Assembly (NCBI GenBank): GCA_964581775.1
Contig: CAZOQA010000001.1
Coordinates: 38,646 to 102,645 of the forward strand
DNA: 64,000 bases
Reading direction: 5' to 3'
DNA from: an uncultured Thermoplasmatales archaeon
GTDB lineage: Archaea; Thermoplasmatota; SW-10-69-26
The position numbers were made by a program, and so were the translations under genes. Numbering within the stretch: the first letter of the stretch is position 1; the number at the start of each line of letters is the position of its first letter. The notes below the pieces were generated by a model, which saw nothing but the letters and a program-made list of their open reading frames with translations, searched no databases and had not been told where the DNA came from. Positions 27,434 through 37,213 of this stretch are shown in pieces.

Positions 27434-28036
27434 CTACTCGAACCGGGAGACGGCCTGCTTGTAGCGGGCCCGGGGCGTCTCCCAATCCACGACGTTGAAG
27501 AAGGCCTCGATGAAGTCGCCTCGATCGGGCCCGTAGTCGTGGTAGTAGGAGTGCTCCCACACGTCGAGAGCCAGAATCGGGTGCGCGCCCCAGACGGCGC
27601 CTTGGTCGTGCTTGTCGACGACCACGTTGCGTAGCTGGTTCGAGAAGGAATCGTACACGAGGAGCGCCCAGCCGCTTGCTTCCTTCGCGGCGGCCTCGAA
27701 CTCGGCCCGCCAGGCTTCGTAGCTGCCGAAGTCTTCTTCGATGCGGTCCGCGAGGGCTCCGGTTGCCTGGCTTCCCCCGTCGGGGCTCATGCAGTGCCAG
27801 AACAGAGCGTGGAGGATGTGGCCGCTTCCGTTGTGCGTGACGCTCCGAAGCGCTTTGCCGGTGGATGCGTGGTCACCGTTTCCACGGTTCGTGGCGAGCG
27901 TCTCCTCGGCAGCGTTCCAGCCGTTCACGTAGCCTTGGTGGTGGACATCGTGGTGCCATCGGAGCACTTGCTCGCTGATGTGGGGCTCGAGCGCGTCGTA
28001 GTCGTAGGGAAGCTCGTCGAGCTCGTAGTCGGGCAT
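27434..28036 (-). CDS. sod: Fe/Mn superoxide dismutase
   Basis: LPYDYDALEPHISEQVLRWHHDVHHQGYVNGWN; metal ligand His residues; C-terminal DVWEHSYY. Confidence 0.95.
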   Translation of the reverse strand: MPDYELDELPYDYDALEPHISEQVLRWHHDVHHQGYVNGWNAAEETLATNRGNGDHASTGKALRSVTHNGSGHILHALFWHCMSPDGGSQATGALADRIEEDFGSYEAWRAEFEAAAKEASGWALLVYDSFSNQLRNVVVDKHDQGAVWGAHPILALDVWEHSYYHDYGPDRGDFIEAFFNVVDWETPRARYKQAVSRFE

Positions 28037-28228
28037 GCGGATCAGCCTGGCGGCCCACGCGGGCGGAGGTTATAGTTGTGCCTGAAGATGCTAGGGCATC
28101 CCGCGGTGGGGGGCTTGAGGGTGGGAAGGGAAAAAGGAAGCCTTACCCGGCGCCGGTGCGGAGTGTGAGTCATGGGGGGTCTCTCAAAGGGGTCGGCGCC
28201 GGGTACGGCCTGAAGCGTGCCTCGGTGT

Positions 28229-29275
28229 TCAGGACACGTTGATCGTGTGGGGTCCCCTGGAGGGGTCCAGCTTGGGCGCGGTCACCTTGAGGATCCCGTC
28301 CTCGAACTCGGCTTGGATGTTGTCCGTGTCCACGGGCGTCGTCAGGGGGATGGTGCGCTGGTAGGTGACGCTTCCGCGCTCGCTCTGGAGCAGGTTCTCG
28401 TCCTCGTGCGGGTCCCGGACCGTGGATGCGTGGAGCTGGATCTGGTTCTCCCGGGCGGTCAGGTTGATCTTCTCCTTCTGGGTGCCTGGGATCTCGATCT
28501 CGAGCACGAGGTTCTCCTCCGCGTCGATCACGTCTACGGGGGGTTGTCGGACGACGCGCTGTTGGCCTTGACCCACGGGGGGTTGTTGCATCTGGCCTAG
28601 CCCTATCATGGGGGAGGGCTGGAGGGGTTGCTGGGGGGAGATGGCGCCTTGCCGTTGCATCATGCCTGGCTGGCCTGGGTTGGTGCGGTGCTGGGGCGAG
28701 GCTTGTTGGACGGGGGTCTGGGGTAGTTGGCTGGCGGGGCCCTGGATCTGCGGGGAGGGGGTCCCGATCTGTGGCTGGGGGTTGGCCTGGATGCCGGGCT
28801 GGGACCAAGGCGGAACTCCCTGGAGGGGCTGTTGAGGGGCAGGGGTCTGGCCCGGGATGGGGATCTGGCTCCCCTGTAGAGGCGTGGATTGGATGGTGGC
28901 GGGTGGTTGGGGTTGCATGGGTTGGCTCACCGGTTGCTGGGGTTGTTGGAGGGGGGATCGTTGCTGGAACGGTTGGTGGGGTTGCGCGGGCAGCTGGGGT
29001 TGGATCTGTTGCCGGCGTTGCTGTTGCGGGGCCGGTTGTCGTTGGGGTATCTGTTGGGAGGGCCGTTGCTGAAGCTGTTGCGGGGATTGGATCTGCTGGG
29101 GTTGGCCGAACGATGGTTTGAGCTGGCCTGGGGGTTCTGCGATGCCTTGCGCTGCCAGGGGGGGCTGTTGGCTGCCTTGCTCCTGGAGGCGGGGATGCGT
29201 TTGCGCGTACTGCTCGGACTGGAAGAGGGGGTTGATTTGGCGTTCGCGTTCGAGTCGAGGGTTCCTATAGGTCAT
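28229..29275 (-). CDS. Hsp20/alpha-crystallin small heat-shock protein with about 230-aa Gln/Pro-rich N-terminal extension
   Basis: C-terminal ACD (NLVLEIEIPGTQKEKINLTARENQIQLHAS...AEFEDGILKVTAPK). The N-terminus is dominated by Q/P repeats (QPQQIQSPQQLQQRPSQQIPQRQPAPQQQRRQQIQPQ...). Start taken at M86 of the six-frame ORF (ATG 29275..29273). Confidence 0.65.
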   Translation of the reverse strand: MTYRNPRLERERQINPLFQSEQYAQTHPRLQEQGSQQPPLAAQGIAEPPGQLKPSFGQPQQIQSPQQLQQRPSQQIPQRQPAPQQQRRQQIQPQLPAQPHQPFQQRSPLQQPQQPVSQPMQPQPPATIQSTPLQGSQIPIPGQTPAPQQPLQGVPPWSQPGIQANPQPQIGTPSPQIQGPASQLPQTPVQQASPQHRTNPGQPGMMQRQGAISPQQPLQPSPMIGLGQMQQPPVGQGQQRVVRQPPVDVIDAEENLVLEIEIPGTQKEKINLTARENQIQLHASTVRDPHEDENLLQSERGSVTYQRTIPLTTPVDTDNIQAEFEDGILKVTAPKLDPSRGPHTINVS

Positions 29276-29659
29276 GCGTCTCACTCCTGACCCTGAGGGG
29301 AGCAACCCGGGCTCTCTGGGACGAGACACCGCCGCCCGCGCCGGCTCCTCGGGATGCAACCGCGAAGATGCGTGGCGCCCTCTTGACCACCTTGAAGCCG
29401 ACTCGACGGGCGGGCACTCGTCCCTTGGACCGCCAAAGCCCCCGTGGGGCCCTCCAGGTTCGGCTGCCGGTTCCAAGCGCCTGCTACGCGGCGAGGCCGA
29501 TGATGCCCAGCTCCCGTAACCGGTAAACATGAGGAACCACGGGAAGGTGTGCCAAGACGGTGAGCGGCAAACGGGGCCCCCTCCTCGACCGGTCCCCCTT
29601 CTCCCATCCGCACCACCTCAGGAGAGGGCTTTTATACTCGTGCTGAGGGACCCGATGAT

Positions 29660-30082
29660 ATGGAGCATACTGGCCCCAAGGATCCCGTGCGCGCGCTCGA
29701 TGTGATGATCGTCGACGACGCCGTGACGGTCCGATCCAAAACCCGCGCCATGCTCGAGAGCCTCTCCATCCCGGACGAGAACATCCGGGAGGCCGAAAGC
29801 GCCCGCGACGCGCTCGACCAGGTCAAAGAGAAACAGCCCGACCTGTTGTTCCTGGACCTGGTTCTCCCGGACATCCCGGGGCAAGAGCTCGGCAGCGTCT
29901 TCATGGACAAGCACCCGGAGACGAACGTGGTCCTGTTGACCGCGCTCGACCGGGACGACTCCCGCGTGCGCCGGCTCGTCTCCAAGGGCGCCTTTGACGT
30001 GATCGAGAAGCCCGTCCGACGCGGCGACATGAACGAGCTGCTCAACAGGCTCCGCGACGAAGGCCTCCCCGATAAGGCGTAA
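29660..30082 (+). CDS. stand-alone response-regulator receiver (CheY-like) domain protein
   Basis: MIVDDAV...D(57-like)LLFLDLVLPDIPG...VVLLTA...K. REC domain with no output domain. Alternative start at M16 (29705). Confidence 0.75.
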   Translation: MEHTGPKDPVRALDVMIVDDAVTVRSKTRAMLESLSIPDENIREAESARDALDQVKEKQPDLLFLDLVLPDIPGQELGSVFMDKHPETNVVLLTALDRDDSRVRRLVSKGAFDVIEKPVRRGDMNELLNRLRDEGLPDKA

Positions 30083-30279
30083 ACGATGACCCCCGCCGCC
30101 TCGAGCACGACCCCGTCGCGCGCTAGAGGCCCCCCACACCGGGCCTCCTCCCTGGACCCCTCTCCCTTCAATCCTTGACCGGGCCTCCGACGAGAGCCCC
30201 AACCACGACCCGCGCAGGTTCGGCGTTGAACGAACCCGCGAACGGTACCCTTTTCAACCCCCGCCAAGTCGAACCCCCG

Positions 30280-31071
30280 ATGGCACCCCAGACCGCGACC
30301 GCGACCCCACGCGAGCGCCTGTTAAGCCACCTTCAAGAAAGCGCCTGGCTCACCAAAGCCCTCTACGCGATCGGGTTCGCGCTCATCACCGCAGCCCTCG
30401 CCCAGGTCCGCTTCTATGCCCCCTGGAACCCCTACGTCCCCTACACCGGCCAAGTCCTCGGCGTGCTCGGAGCCGGTCTCATCCTGGGGCCCCGAACCGG
30501 GTCCGCCTCCATGGGCATCTACCTCGCCCTCGGCGCCATCGGGCTGCCCGTGTTCGCCGACCAACAAGCCGGGCTCGAGATCCTGCTCGGAGCCACCGCC
30601 GGGTACCTTCTTGCCTTCCCCATCGCCGCCTGGATCACCGGGCACCTCTCCCGGCGCTACCTCGACACGCCCAGCGAGGACCTGCTCAGCCGCCTTGGCC
30701 TTGCCACCCTAGCCGGCTACCTGGTGCTCTTCGGCATCGGGGCCGCCTTGCTGGGCGTCTTCGGCGTGCTCGCCACGGAAGGCCTCGGCCTGACCGTGCT
30801 CGTCTCCAGCGCCGCCATCGCGCTTTTGACGATCCTCCTCTGGACCTGGTCCCGCAAGGAATCGAAAGCCTTCCTGGCCCGCCTGGCCATCGCCCTGATC
30901 GGCGTTCTCGCCATCTACACTGTCGGATGGATCGGGCTCGCCGTCGCCACCGAGATGACCTGGAGCGCCGCGCTCGCGCAAGGCGTCATCCAGTTCGTCC
31001 CCATCGACATGGCTAAGGCCTTCCTCGCAGCCGGCGCGACCACGCTGGCCCTCCCCCCCGAAGCCGCCTGA
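30280..31071 (+). CDS. bioY: BioY-family biotin transporter (ECF S component)
   Basis: VPYTGQVLGVLGAGLILGPRTGSASMGIYLALGAIGLPVFA matches the BioY conserved core. Six TM helices. Start could also be 30175. Confidence 0.7.
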   Translation: MAPQTATATPRERLLSHLQESAWLTKALYAIGFALITAALAQVRFYAPWNPYVPYTGQVLGVLGAGLILGPRTGSASMGIYLALGAIGLPVFADQQAGLEILLGATAGYLLAFPIAAWITGHLSRRYLDTPSEDLLSRLGLATLAGYLVLFGIGAALLGVFGVLATEGLGLTVLVSSAAIALLTILLWTWSRKESKAFLARLAIALIGVLAIYTVGWIGLAVATEMTWSAALAQGVIQFVPIDMAKAFLAAGATTLALPPEAA

Positions 31072-31090
31072 CGACCGCGCCGGGCGAGCG

Positions 31091-31096
31091 TTTTTT
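31091..31096 (+). terminator. oligo-T tract (T6) about 20 nt downstream of the bioY stop
   Basis: gcgTTTTTTcaag follows bioY directly. Archaeal intrinsic termination typically uses oligo-T runs. Confidence 0.4.
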
Positions 31097-31263
31097 CAAG
31101 GGACCGGAATCTGCCCCCCACATGCGCGGCACGGCGTTCCCCCCCACCCGCCGGCGTACAGCCCACGTGAGAGCCTCCACGGGCCCGCCGCTGGAAGATC
31201 CCGCCGCGCCCAGGGACGCAAGCCCGTGCTCCGGAGGACCGCCTCGACGCCCGGGGGAGGCTC

Positions 31264-32292
31264 ATGGAGGAACACGCTGACCACGTCGCGGAGCTCCTCG
31301 ACGAAGAGGACTTCGTCGCCGTCACCGAGGACACGTTCGCCGGCATCGCCATCCAGCGCTTCCGCGAGTTCGAACCCGTCGACGAAGAGACCACCATCTA
31401 CTACCTCTACGTCGTCGACCACGACGGCCGCCTCGTCGGCGTCCTCTCCTTCCGAGAGCTGCTGAACGCGCCCCGCGACCACCCCGTCTCGGACTACATG
31501 GAGACCGATCTTCTCACGATCGCAGCCGACGCGGACCCCGAGAAGGCCATGCAGGTCATCGCCGGCACCGACTTCCCCGCGGTGCCCGTCGTGGACGACG
31601 CCCACGGGCTCGTGGGCGTGCTCCGCACCGAGGACCTGCTCGACGTCGCCGAGGAGGAAGCCACCGAGGACATCATGAAGACCGCCGGGTTCTCCTTCAT
31701 GGACATCGAGTCCTCCAGGAGCGAAGCCATCCTCGAGTCCAACATCCCGCGCATCCTGCGCCTTCGGCTCCCGTGGCTTCTGATCGCCCTCGTCGGGGGG
31801 TTGCTGGCAGGCTTCGTCGTCGAAGGCTTCGAGGAGACGCTCGGCACCGTCATCGCGGTCATGTTCTTCGTGCCCGTGATCATGGACATGGGCGGAAACG
31901 TGGGCACCCAAGCCTCCACCATCTTCGTCCGAGGCCTCGCCACCGGCCACATCGACGACCGCAACGCGTTCTGGCACTTCGGCCGCGAAGGCCTCGTAGG
32001 CGCCAGCATCGGCATCATCATCGGAAGCCTCGGAGGCGGTGCCGCGTACCTCTGGCAAGGCGTCATCAGCGACCACCCCGAAGCCGGGACGCTCGCGTTC
32101 GTCGTCTTCGTCTCCCTCGTCGCCGTCTCCATGGTCGCAAGCGTCATCGGGTTCGTGATCCCCTGGATCATGCACAAGCTCGGCATCGACCCTGCCGCCG
32201 CCAGCACGCCCCTGATCACCACCGTCAAAGACGTGCTCGCGCTGATGATCTACTTCGCCCTCGCCACGTCGCTCCTCACCGGGCTCACCTGA
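31264..32292 (+). CDS. mgtE: MgtE-type magnesium transporter (CBS pair + MgtE membrane domain)
   Basis: CBS pair (YYLYVVDHDGRLVGVLSFRELL / FPAVPVVDDAHGLVGVLRTEDLL) followed by a five-TM MgtE domain (PVIMDMGGNVGTQASTIFVRGLATG). Confidence 0.85.
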   Translation: MEEHADHVAELLDEEDFVAVTEDTFAGIAIQRFREFEPVDEETTIYYLYVVDHDGRLVGVLSFRELLNAPRDHPVSDYMETDLLTIAADADPEKAMQVIAGTDFPAVPVVDDAHGLVGVLRTEDLLDVAEEEATEDIMKTAGFSFMDIESSRSEAILESNIPRILRLRLPWLLIALVGGLLAGFVVEGFEETLGTVIAVMFFVPVIMDMGGNVGTQASTIFVRGLATGHIDDRNAFWHFGREGLVGASIGIIIGSLGGGAAYLWQGVISDHPEAGTLAFVVFVSLVAVSMVASVIGFVIPWIMHKLGIDPAAASTPLITTVKDVLALMIYFALATSLLTGLT

Positions 32293-32357
32293 CCCACGGC
32301 CCCCGCGTGCCGCGACCCGCACGTACTTACGAGAGGCGGCCCCCACGTACAACCAGC

Positions 32358-33641
32358 GTGGCCTCGAACAGCTTCTCCCGAACCCACCAAGACCTCGTCT
32401 CGACGTTGCAAGAGAGAGGCTTCATCGAACGCGACGAGACCGCGCACGCCCTCCAAGCCACGCCCCGAGGCCCCCTCCTCCACGACGCCGCACGGCCCCT
32501 GGCCACGACCGACGCGCCCGCGCCCATGGTGGACGCGACCCGACAAGTCACCCCCTGCCCCAGCCCCCGCACCGCCGCCACGCTCATCGAAGCGCTCCAC
32601 CTCGAACCCCACCACGAGACCCTCATCGTCGGAAGCGGCATCGCCTGGACCGGCGCCCTCGCCGCCGCGCTCGCCCCCGAAGCCACCATCACGCTCCACG
32701 AGCACGAACCCCCCCTCCAAGAGCACACGCGCAAGCTTCTCCACGAAGGGACGCTCCCCGACAACGCCACCCTCCAAACCTCCACGCGCGATTTGCCCCG
32801 CACCCTCGATCGCGTCCTCGTCGCCGACCCCCACCTGGACCCCACGCCCTTCGAGGACCGCCTCGCCGACGAGGGCGTCCTCGTGCACCCCACCGCCAGC
32901 CCCGAAGGCATGGGCCTCATCCGAGCCTACCACGACGGGACCGACACCGTCAAGCTCCACCTCGACGACACGCACATCGCCCGACAACCCGACGTGCTCC
33001 AACAAGCCCCCACCGAGGACGGCGTAAGCGTTGCCCAGCTTCTCGCCACGGAAGCCCTCCTCGAGACTGCCTGGACCGAAGCCCGGCCCGGCGAGACCGT
33101 GCAAGAGATCCGGGAAGCCACCGAGGAGACCATCGGGCGCGCCTTCGCCGAACGAGGCCTCCGATCCAGCCGCCCCATCGAAGCCCGCGTCGCCCAGGGC
33201 GCCTTCTACACCGCGTACGTCCACCAACGAACCGGCGAGCTCCGGGAAGCCAGCTTCGCCTACACCGCCAGCGCGGACATCATCGAAAGCGCCGAAGCCT
33301 ACACGTTCCGAGGGTGGACCCGATCCCACCAAGGCGACCTCGAAGGCGCCATCCAAGACTGCAAGCACGCCATCCAGGTCGACCCCGCGCTCGGGAACCC
33401 TTACAACGACATCGGCGCCTACCTTCTCGAGAAGGGCAACGCCCGCGAAGCCGTCTCCTGGTTCGAGGACGCCACCGACGCGGACCGCTACACATCGCGA
33501 CACTTCCCGTACCTCAACCTCGGCCGCGCCCACCTACGCCTGGGCAACCGAGACGAAGCCCGGCAAGCCCTCGAGCGCGTGCTCGAGCTCGACCCGGGCA
33601 ACGTGCCGGCCACGCGCCTGCTCGAACGCATGCAAGACTGA
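32358..33641 (+). CDS. protein-L-isoaspartate O-methyltransferase-like domain fused to C-terminal TPR repeats
   Basis: RQVTPCPSPRTAATLIEAL matches the PCMT pre-motif QTISQP-x-x-x-A. TLIVGSGIAWTG is an SAM-binding motif I. The C-terminal about 120 aa carry TPR-like repeats (AIQDCKHAIQVDPALGNPYNDIGAYLLEKGNAREAVSWFEDA...LGRAHLRLGNRDEARQALERVLELDP). Putative GTG start at 32358 after the mgtE stop. Confidence 0.5.
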   Translation: MASNSFSRTHQDLVSTLQERGFIERDETAHALQATPRGPLLHDAARPLATTDAPAPMVDATRQVTPCPSPRTAATLIEALHLEPHHETLIVGSGIAWTGALAAALAPEATITLHEHEPPLQEHTRKLLHEGTLPDNATLQTSTRDLPRTLDRVLVADPHLDPTPFEDRLADEGVLVHPTASPEGMGLIRAYHDGTDTVKLHLDDTHIARQPDVLQQAPTEDGVSVAQLLATEALLETAWTEARPGETVQEIREATEETIGRAFAERGLRSSRPIEARVAQGAFYTAYVHQRTGELREASFAYTASADIIESAEAYTFRGWTRSHQGDLEGAIQDCKHAIQVDPALGNPYNDIGAYLLEKGNAREAVSWFEDATDADRYTSRHFPYLNLGRAHLRLGNRDEARQALERVLELDPGNVPATRLLERMQD

Positions 33642-33647
33642 AGCGCC

Positions 33648-35003
33648 CTAACCCAAACCGGCCGCGGAGCGAGCCCGAGACCGGCCCGCCTTGGTCGCCT
33701 CCTCCAGGCCTGCGGACCGCTCCACCACGTACGTGGCGGGGTCACGGTTGTCCTTGATCTCGTCGGGAAGACGATTGAACTCGTCCCGGAACCTCGACCG
33801 GGCCTCCTCGATCGCCTGGCGCGGGTCCCTTGCCCGCAAAGGCACCAACAAGGGCTCGCCCTCCACCCCCTCGCCTTTCTGACCGAGGACATCGCCCACG
33901 AACCGATCCTCCTCCGCGCGCCGACCCACGCTCTTGCGACCGGGAAGGATGTGCTTGCCCTTGGAGAGCTTCGTCACGGGCTCCCCCTCGAACTCCACGA
34001 GCTTGTACACGAGATCCAAGGAGGGAGCATCCTGGCTCGTCACCAGCCGGGTCCCCACGCCCATCCCGGACACCGGAGCACCCTCTCCCAAAAGCTCCTC
34101 GATCGCATCCTCGTCCAAACCCCCGCTGACGAACACGTCCACCCCCCCGAGCCCCTCTTCGTCCAACCGCTCCCGGGTTCTCGACGCAAGCTTCCCTAGA
34201 TCGCCCGAATCGATCCGCACGCCGCCCAGCGAGCCTCCCTCGTCCTCCAGGCGCTTGGCCACGCGGATGGCCTTCTCTAAGCCCGCCATCGTATCGAAGG
34301 TATCCACCAGAAGCGTCGTCCCATCCGGGTACGAGGAGGCGAACGCGTCCAGCGCCCGTTCCTCATCTTCGAAAGCTTGAACGTAGCTGTGCGCCATCGT
34401 CCCGAAGCAGGGGATCCCATAGGCTCGGGAGGCCTCCACCAGGGAGGTCCCCGCGAACCCCGCCAGGTAGGCTCCCCTCGCGGCCGCGTGGGCGGCATCT
34501 TCCCCGTGGGCGCGTCGCGCCCCGAAGTCCACCAGCACCGGTTGGGGGCCATCCGACGAGCCAGCTGCGTGGACGCACCGGGCCGCCTTGGTGGCCGTGA
34601 GCATCCCGACCTGCACCGCGTTCAACAGGATCGTCTCAGCCAGCTGCGCCCACGGGAGGGGACCGGTGACCTCGAGCACCGGCTCGTACGGGAACACGAG
34701 GCGACCTTCGGGAATCCCGCGCACGCGGACCTCGTCGGCCACGTTCAGCCCATCCAGCGCGTCGGTCAGATCCTCGGAGAACCCTCGCTCTTCCAAGAAC
34801 GAGAGCATCCCATCGCCGAAGGAGAACCGCTCTAACCGCCCCAAAGCATGGTTCACCCCCGCCGAGACCAAGTAGCCGCGTCGAGGGGGAAGTTGGCGCA
34901 CGTGAAGGTCGAACGTTGCCTCCCCCATCACATCGTGCTCCACGTAGGATTGAGCCATGGCGAACTCGTACAGGTCCGTGAAAAAGCCCGTTCGCTCCGG
35001 CAT
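33648..35003 (-). CDS. pncB: nicotinate phosphoribosyltransferase
   Basis: FFTDLYEFAMAQSYVEH..., central (beta/alpha)-barrel, length 451 aa typical of NAPRTase. Confidence 0.9.
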   Translation of the reverse strand: MPERTGFFTDLYEFAMAQSYVEHDVMGEATFDLHVRQLPPRRGYLVSAGVNHALGRLERFSFGDGMLSFLEERGFSEDLTDALDGLNVADEVRVRGIPEGRLVFPYEPVLEVTGPLPWAQLAETILLNAVQVGMLTATKAARCVHAAGSSDGPQPVLVDFGARRAHGEDAAHAAARGAYLAGFAGTSLVEASRAYGIPCFGTMAHSYVQAFEDEERALDAFASSYPDGTTLLVDTFDTMAGLEKAIRVAKRLEDEGGSLGGVRIDSGDLGKLASRTRERLDEEGLGGVDVFVSGGLDEDAIEELLGEGAPVSGMGVGTRLVTSQDAPSLDLVYKLVEFEGEPVTKLSKGKHILPGRKSVGRRAEEDRFVGDVLGQKGEGVEGEPLLVPLRARDPRQAIEEARSRFRDEFNRLPDEIKDNRDPATYVVERSAGLEEATKAGRSRARSAAGLG

Positions 35004-35309
35004 CGACGCCGCGAACAGCGGGCATCCCCGAAACCCTTGCCCCCGGGGGCGAGGCGAGATGCCGCCGAACCGCGCCCCCCGCCCACCCTCGCCGCTTATA
35101 TACTACCTGTGTCATGGCCGCCTCCGCCCAGCCTGAGAACCCTCCTGGTGTCGCTCATGCACGTGCAACCGAACCCCTATCTCCACGCGCACCCTCCCGT
35201 GACGGGGACACAACGCGACACCCCTCGCCGGTCCCCCACGCTTAACAACAAGACCGGCGTGCAGGGTAGCGTGCGCGAACCCTCCGCACTCAACGACGGT
35301 GTCTAACCG

Positions 35310-35978
35310 ATGTACTGGCTGACCGAGATCCAGGACACGGTACGCATCCCCCCCGACGAGCTCAACCGGGACCCCGATGAGGTCGTCCAAGAGCTCGTGT
35401 GGAAGACATTCGAGGGCCGCCTATCCAAAGAGCGCGGTTTCCTCGTCATGGCCACGGACGTCGAGCGAGCTGGTCCGGGCCGCGTCATCCACGGGGATGG
35501 AGGCGTATACCAACACGTCCGGTTCAAAGCCCTCACCTTCAAGCCCGAAGTCGGTGAGCTCGTGGAAGGCACCGTGTGCGAGGTGGCCGAGTTCGGGGCC
35601 TTCCTCCGCTTTGGCCCCCTCGACGGGCTCCTTCACATGTCGCAGATCCTCAACGACTACCTCAACGTGGACTTGGGGAACCAGCGCCTCGTCGGGAAAG
35701 AGACCGACCGGACGCTCGGCCTCGACGACAAGGTCCGAGCGAGGCTTGTCACCGTCAGCCTCAACGAATCCAGCCCCCGCGAGAGCCGTATCGGGCTTAC
35801 CATGCGCCAAGACGGCCTGGGCAAGTTCGACTGGCTCGAGGAGGACCTCGGCGTCGACGTCGACACGGCCGTGGGGACCACAGAGATCCTTGCCGAGCTG
35901 GACCTGGACCCCTACGACCCGGACGCCACACCCGAGGAAGGCGAAGAGGAGACGCAGGCCCAGGAGGCTCAGGCGTGA
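35310..35978 (+). CDS. rpoE: DNA-directed RNA polymerase subunit E (Rpo7/E')
   Basis: N-terminal Rpb7-like domain plus S1 domain (GELVEGTVCEVAEFGAFLRFGPLDGLLHMSQI). Acidic C-terminal tail. First gene of the conserved rpoE-spt4 operon. Confidence 0.9.
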   Translation: MYWLTEIQDTVRIPPDELNRDPDEVVQELVWKTFEGRLSKERGFLVMATDVERAGPGRVIHGDGGVYQHVRFKALTFKPEVGELVEGTVCEVAEFGAFLRFGPLDGLLHMSQILNDYLNVDLGNQRLVGKETDRTLGLDDKVRARLVTVSLNESSPRESRIGLTMRQDGLGKFDWLEEDLGVDVDTAVGTTEILAELDLDPYDPDATPEEGEEETQAQEAQA

Positions 35979-36166
35979 GCAAGAAAGAACGAGCCTGCCG
36001 GCAGTGCCACGCCATCACGAACGAGAACGAGTGTCCAGCCTGCCACAGCGACGACCTGAGCGACGACTACCTCGGGTACGTGATCGTTCGCGACCCCTCT
36101 AGCAGCATCATCGCGGAGAAGATGACGATCGACGCCCCAGGCAAGTACGCTCTCAAGGTGCGCTGA
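35975..36166 (+). CDS. spt4: Spt4 / RNA polymerase subunit E'' (zinc ribbon)
   Basis: CRQCHAITNENECPACHS four-Cys ribbon; 63 aa. GTG start overlaps the rpoE TGA (GTGA). Confidence 0.8.
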   Translation: MSKKERACRQCHAITNENECPACHSDDLSDDYLGYVIVRDPSSSIIAEKMTIDAPGKYALKVR

Positions 36167-36654
36167 TGTATCAGCTCCCCGAGTCCCTCCGACACGAACT
36201 CAAGAAACCGTTCGGCACGGTCACGGCGGGGCCGCTCGAACCCCTCCTCGAACACGACACGCTTGCCACGGTCGGGGACGTCGTCACACGGGACGCGCTT
36301 GAAGAGGGCCTCGTTCCCACGCTCATGGTCGTGGACGGGAAAACGCAACGCACCCGCGAGGCGCCCACCGTGCAGGCCCCAGGCAAGGCCCGACGCATCA
36401 CCGTCGAGAACCCCCCCGCGCAGATCACCGAAGAGCTCTGGGGCGCCATCGAAGACGCCTACGAGAGCCCATCCCCCACGTTCATCCAGGTGGAAGGCGA
36501 AGAGGACCTCGCCACGCTTCCTGCCATCGTTCACGCTCCAGACGGGGCCCACGTCGTGTATGGACAACCCGACGAGGGGGCCGTCGTCGTCACAGTGGAT
36601 CAGATCACCCGAGAGCGGGCCGACGATGTGCTCGCTCAGATGGAGGTCGTCTGA
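36166..36654 (+). CDS. DUF359 protein (archaeal GTP-dependent dephospho-CoA kinase family)
   Basis: 162 aa in the conserved position between spt4 and rps24e. Start overlaps the spt4 stop (TGATG). Confidence 0.8.
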   Translation: MYQLPESLRHELKKPFGTVTAGPLEPLLEHDTLATVGDVVTRDALEEGLVPTLMVVDGKTQRTREAPTVQAPGKARRITVENPPAQITEELWGAIEDAYESPSPTFIQVEGEEDLATLPAIVHAPDGAHVVYGQPDEGAVVVTVDQITRERADDVLAQMEVV

Positions 36655-36941
36655 TGGACATCGAAGAGAAAAACAAACGAGAAAACCCCCTCCTGGGGCG
36701 CACCGAGCTGGAGTTCCTTCTCCACCACCCCGGCGAGGAGACGCCCGAGAGGGACAGCGTCAGGAACCTCGTCGCCGATCACGTCGGCGGCGACCCCGAG
36801 AGCACCGTGATCGACCACCTCAAAAGCGAGTTCGGTCGCCCCACGACTCGAGGGTACGCGAAGATCTACGAGAGCCCCGAGGAGGCCCAGCATGTCGAAG
36901 CGGATCACCTCCTCGAACGGAACAAGCTCAAGGAGGCCTGA
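36654..36941 (+). CDS. rps24e: 30S ribosomal protein S24e
   Basis: [41 protein letters not shown]...[14 protein letters not shown] is the S24e family signature. TGATG overlap with the DUF359 gene. Confidence 0.9.
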   Translation: MDIEEKNKRENPLLGRTELEFLLHHPGEETPERDSVRNLVADHVGGDPESTVIDHLKSEFGRPTTRGYAKIYESPEEAQHVEADHLLERNKLKEA

Positions 36942-36943
36942 CC

Positions 36944-37093
36944 GTGACCAAAAGAGAGCTCTACTCCGTCGAGGATGGAGAGCTCACCCGCTCCCGGGAA
37001 GCCTGCCCGAAATGCGGCGACGGGGTCTTCCTCGCCGAGCACGACGACCGCAAGGCCTGCGGTCGCTGTGGCTACACCGAGTTCGAGGAGTAG
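36944..37093 (+). CDS. rps27ae: 30S ribosomal protein S27ae (zinc ribbon)
   Basis: [28 protein letters not shown]4 ribbon. GTG start 3 nt after the rps24e stop. aggagg lies 8 nt upstream. Confidence 0.85.
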   Translation: MTKRELYSVEDGELTRSREACPKCGDGVFLAEHDDRKACGRCGYTEFEE

Positions 37094-37213
37094 GGCAACC
37101 GCCCGCAAGATCCCTGCCAGGAGCCCCCCCGCAGAGGCCCCTCTGCACGGAGCCCGCGTGCGTGAGCGCGCTCTCCGAACATGTTCGACAGGGAGAAGGC
37201 GGGGTAATCTCCG

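Noticed and set aside
28170-29121. Several ORFs on both strands across the Hsp20 Q/P-repeat region (e.g. 28170..28808 minus, 28889..29290 plus)
   Set aside because: They come from the repetitive CTG/TTG/CCC codon structure of the Q/P-rich tract. Only the frame ending in the alpha-crystallin domain is credible.
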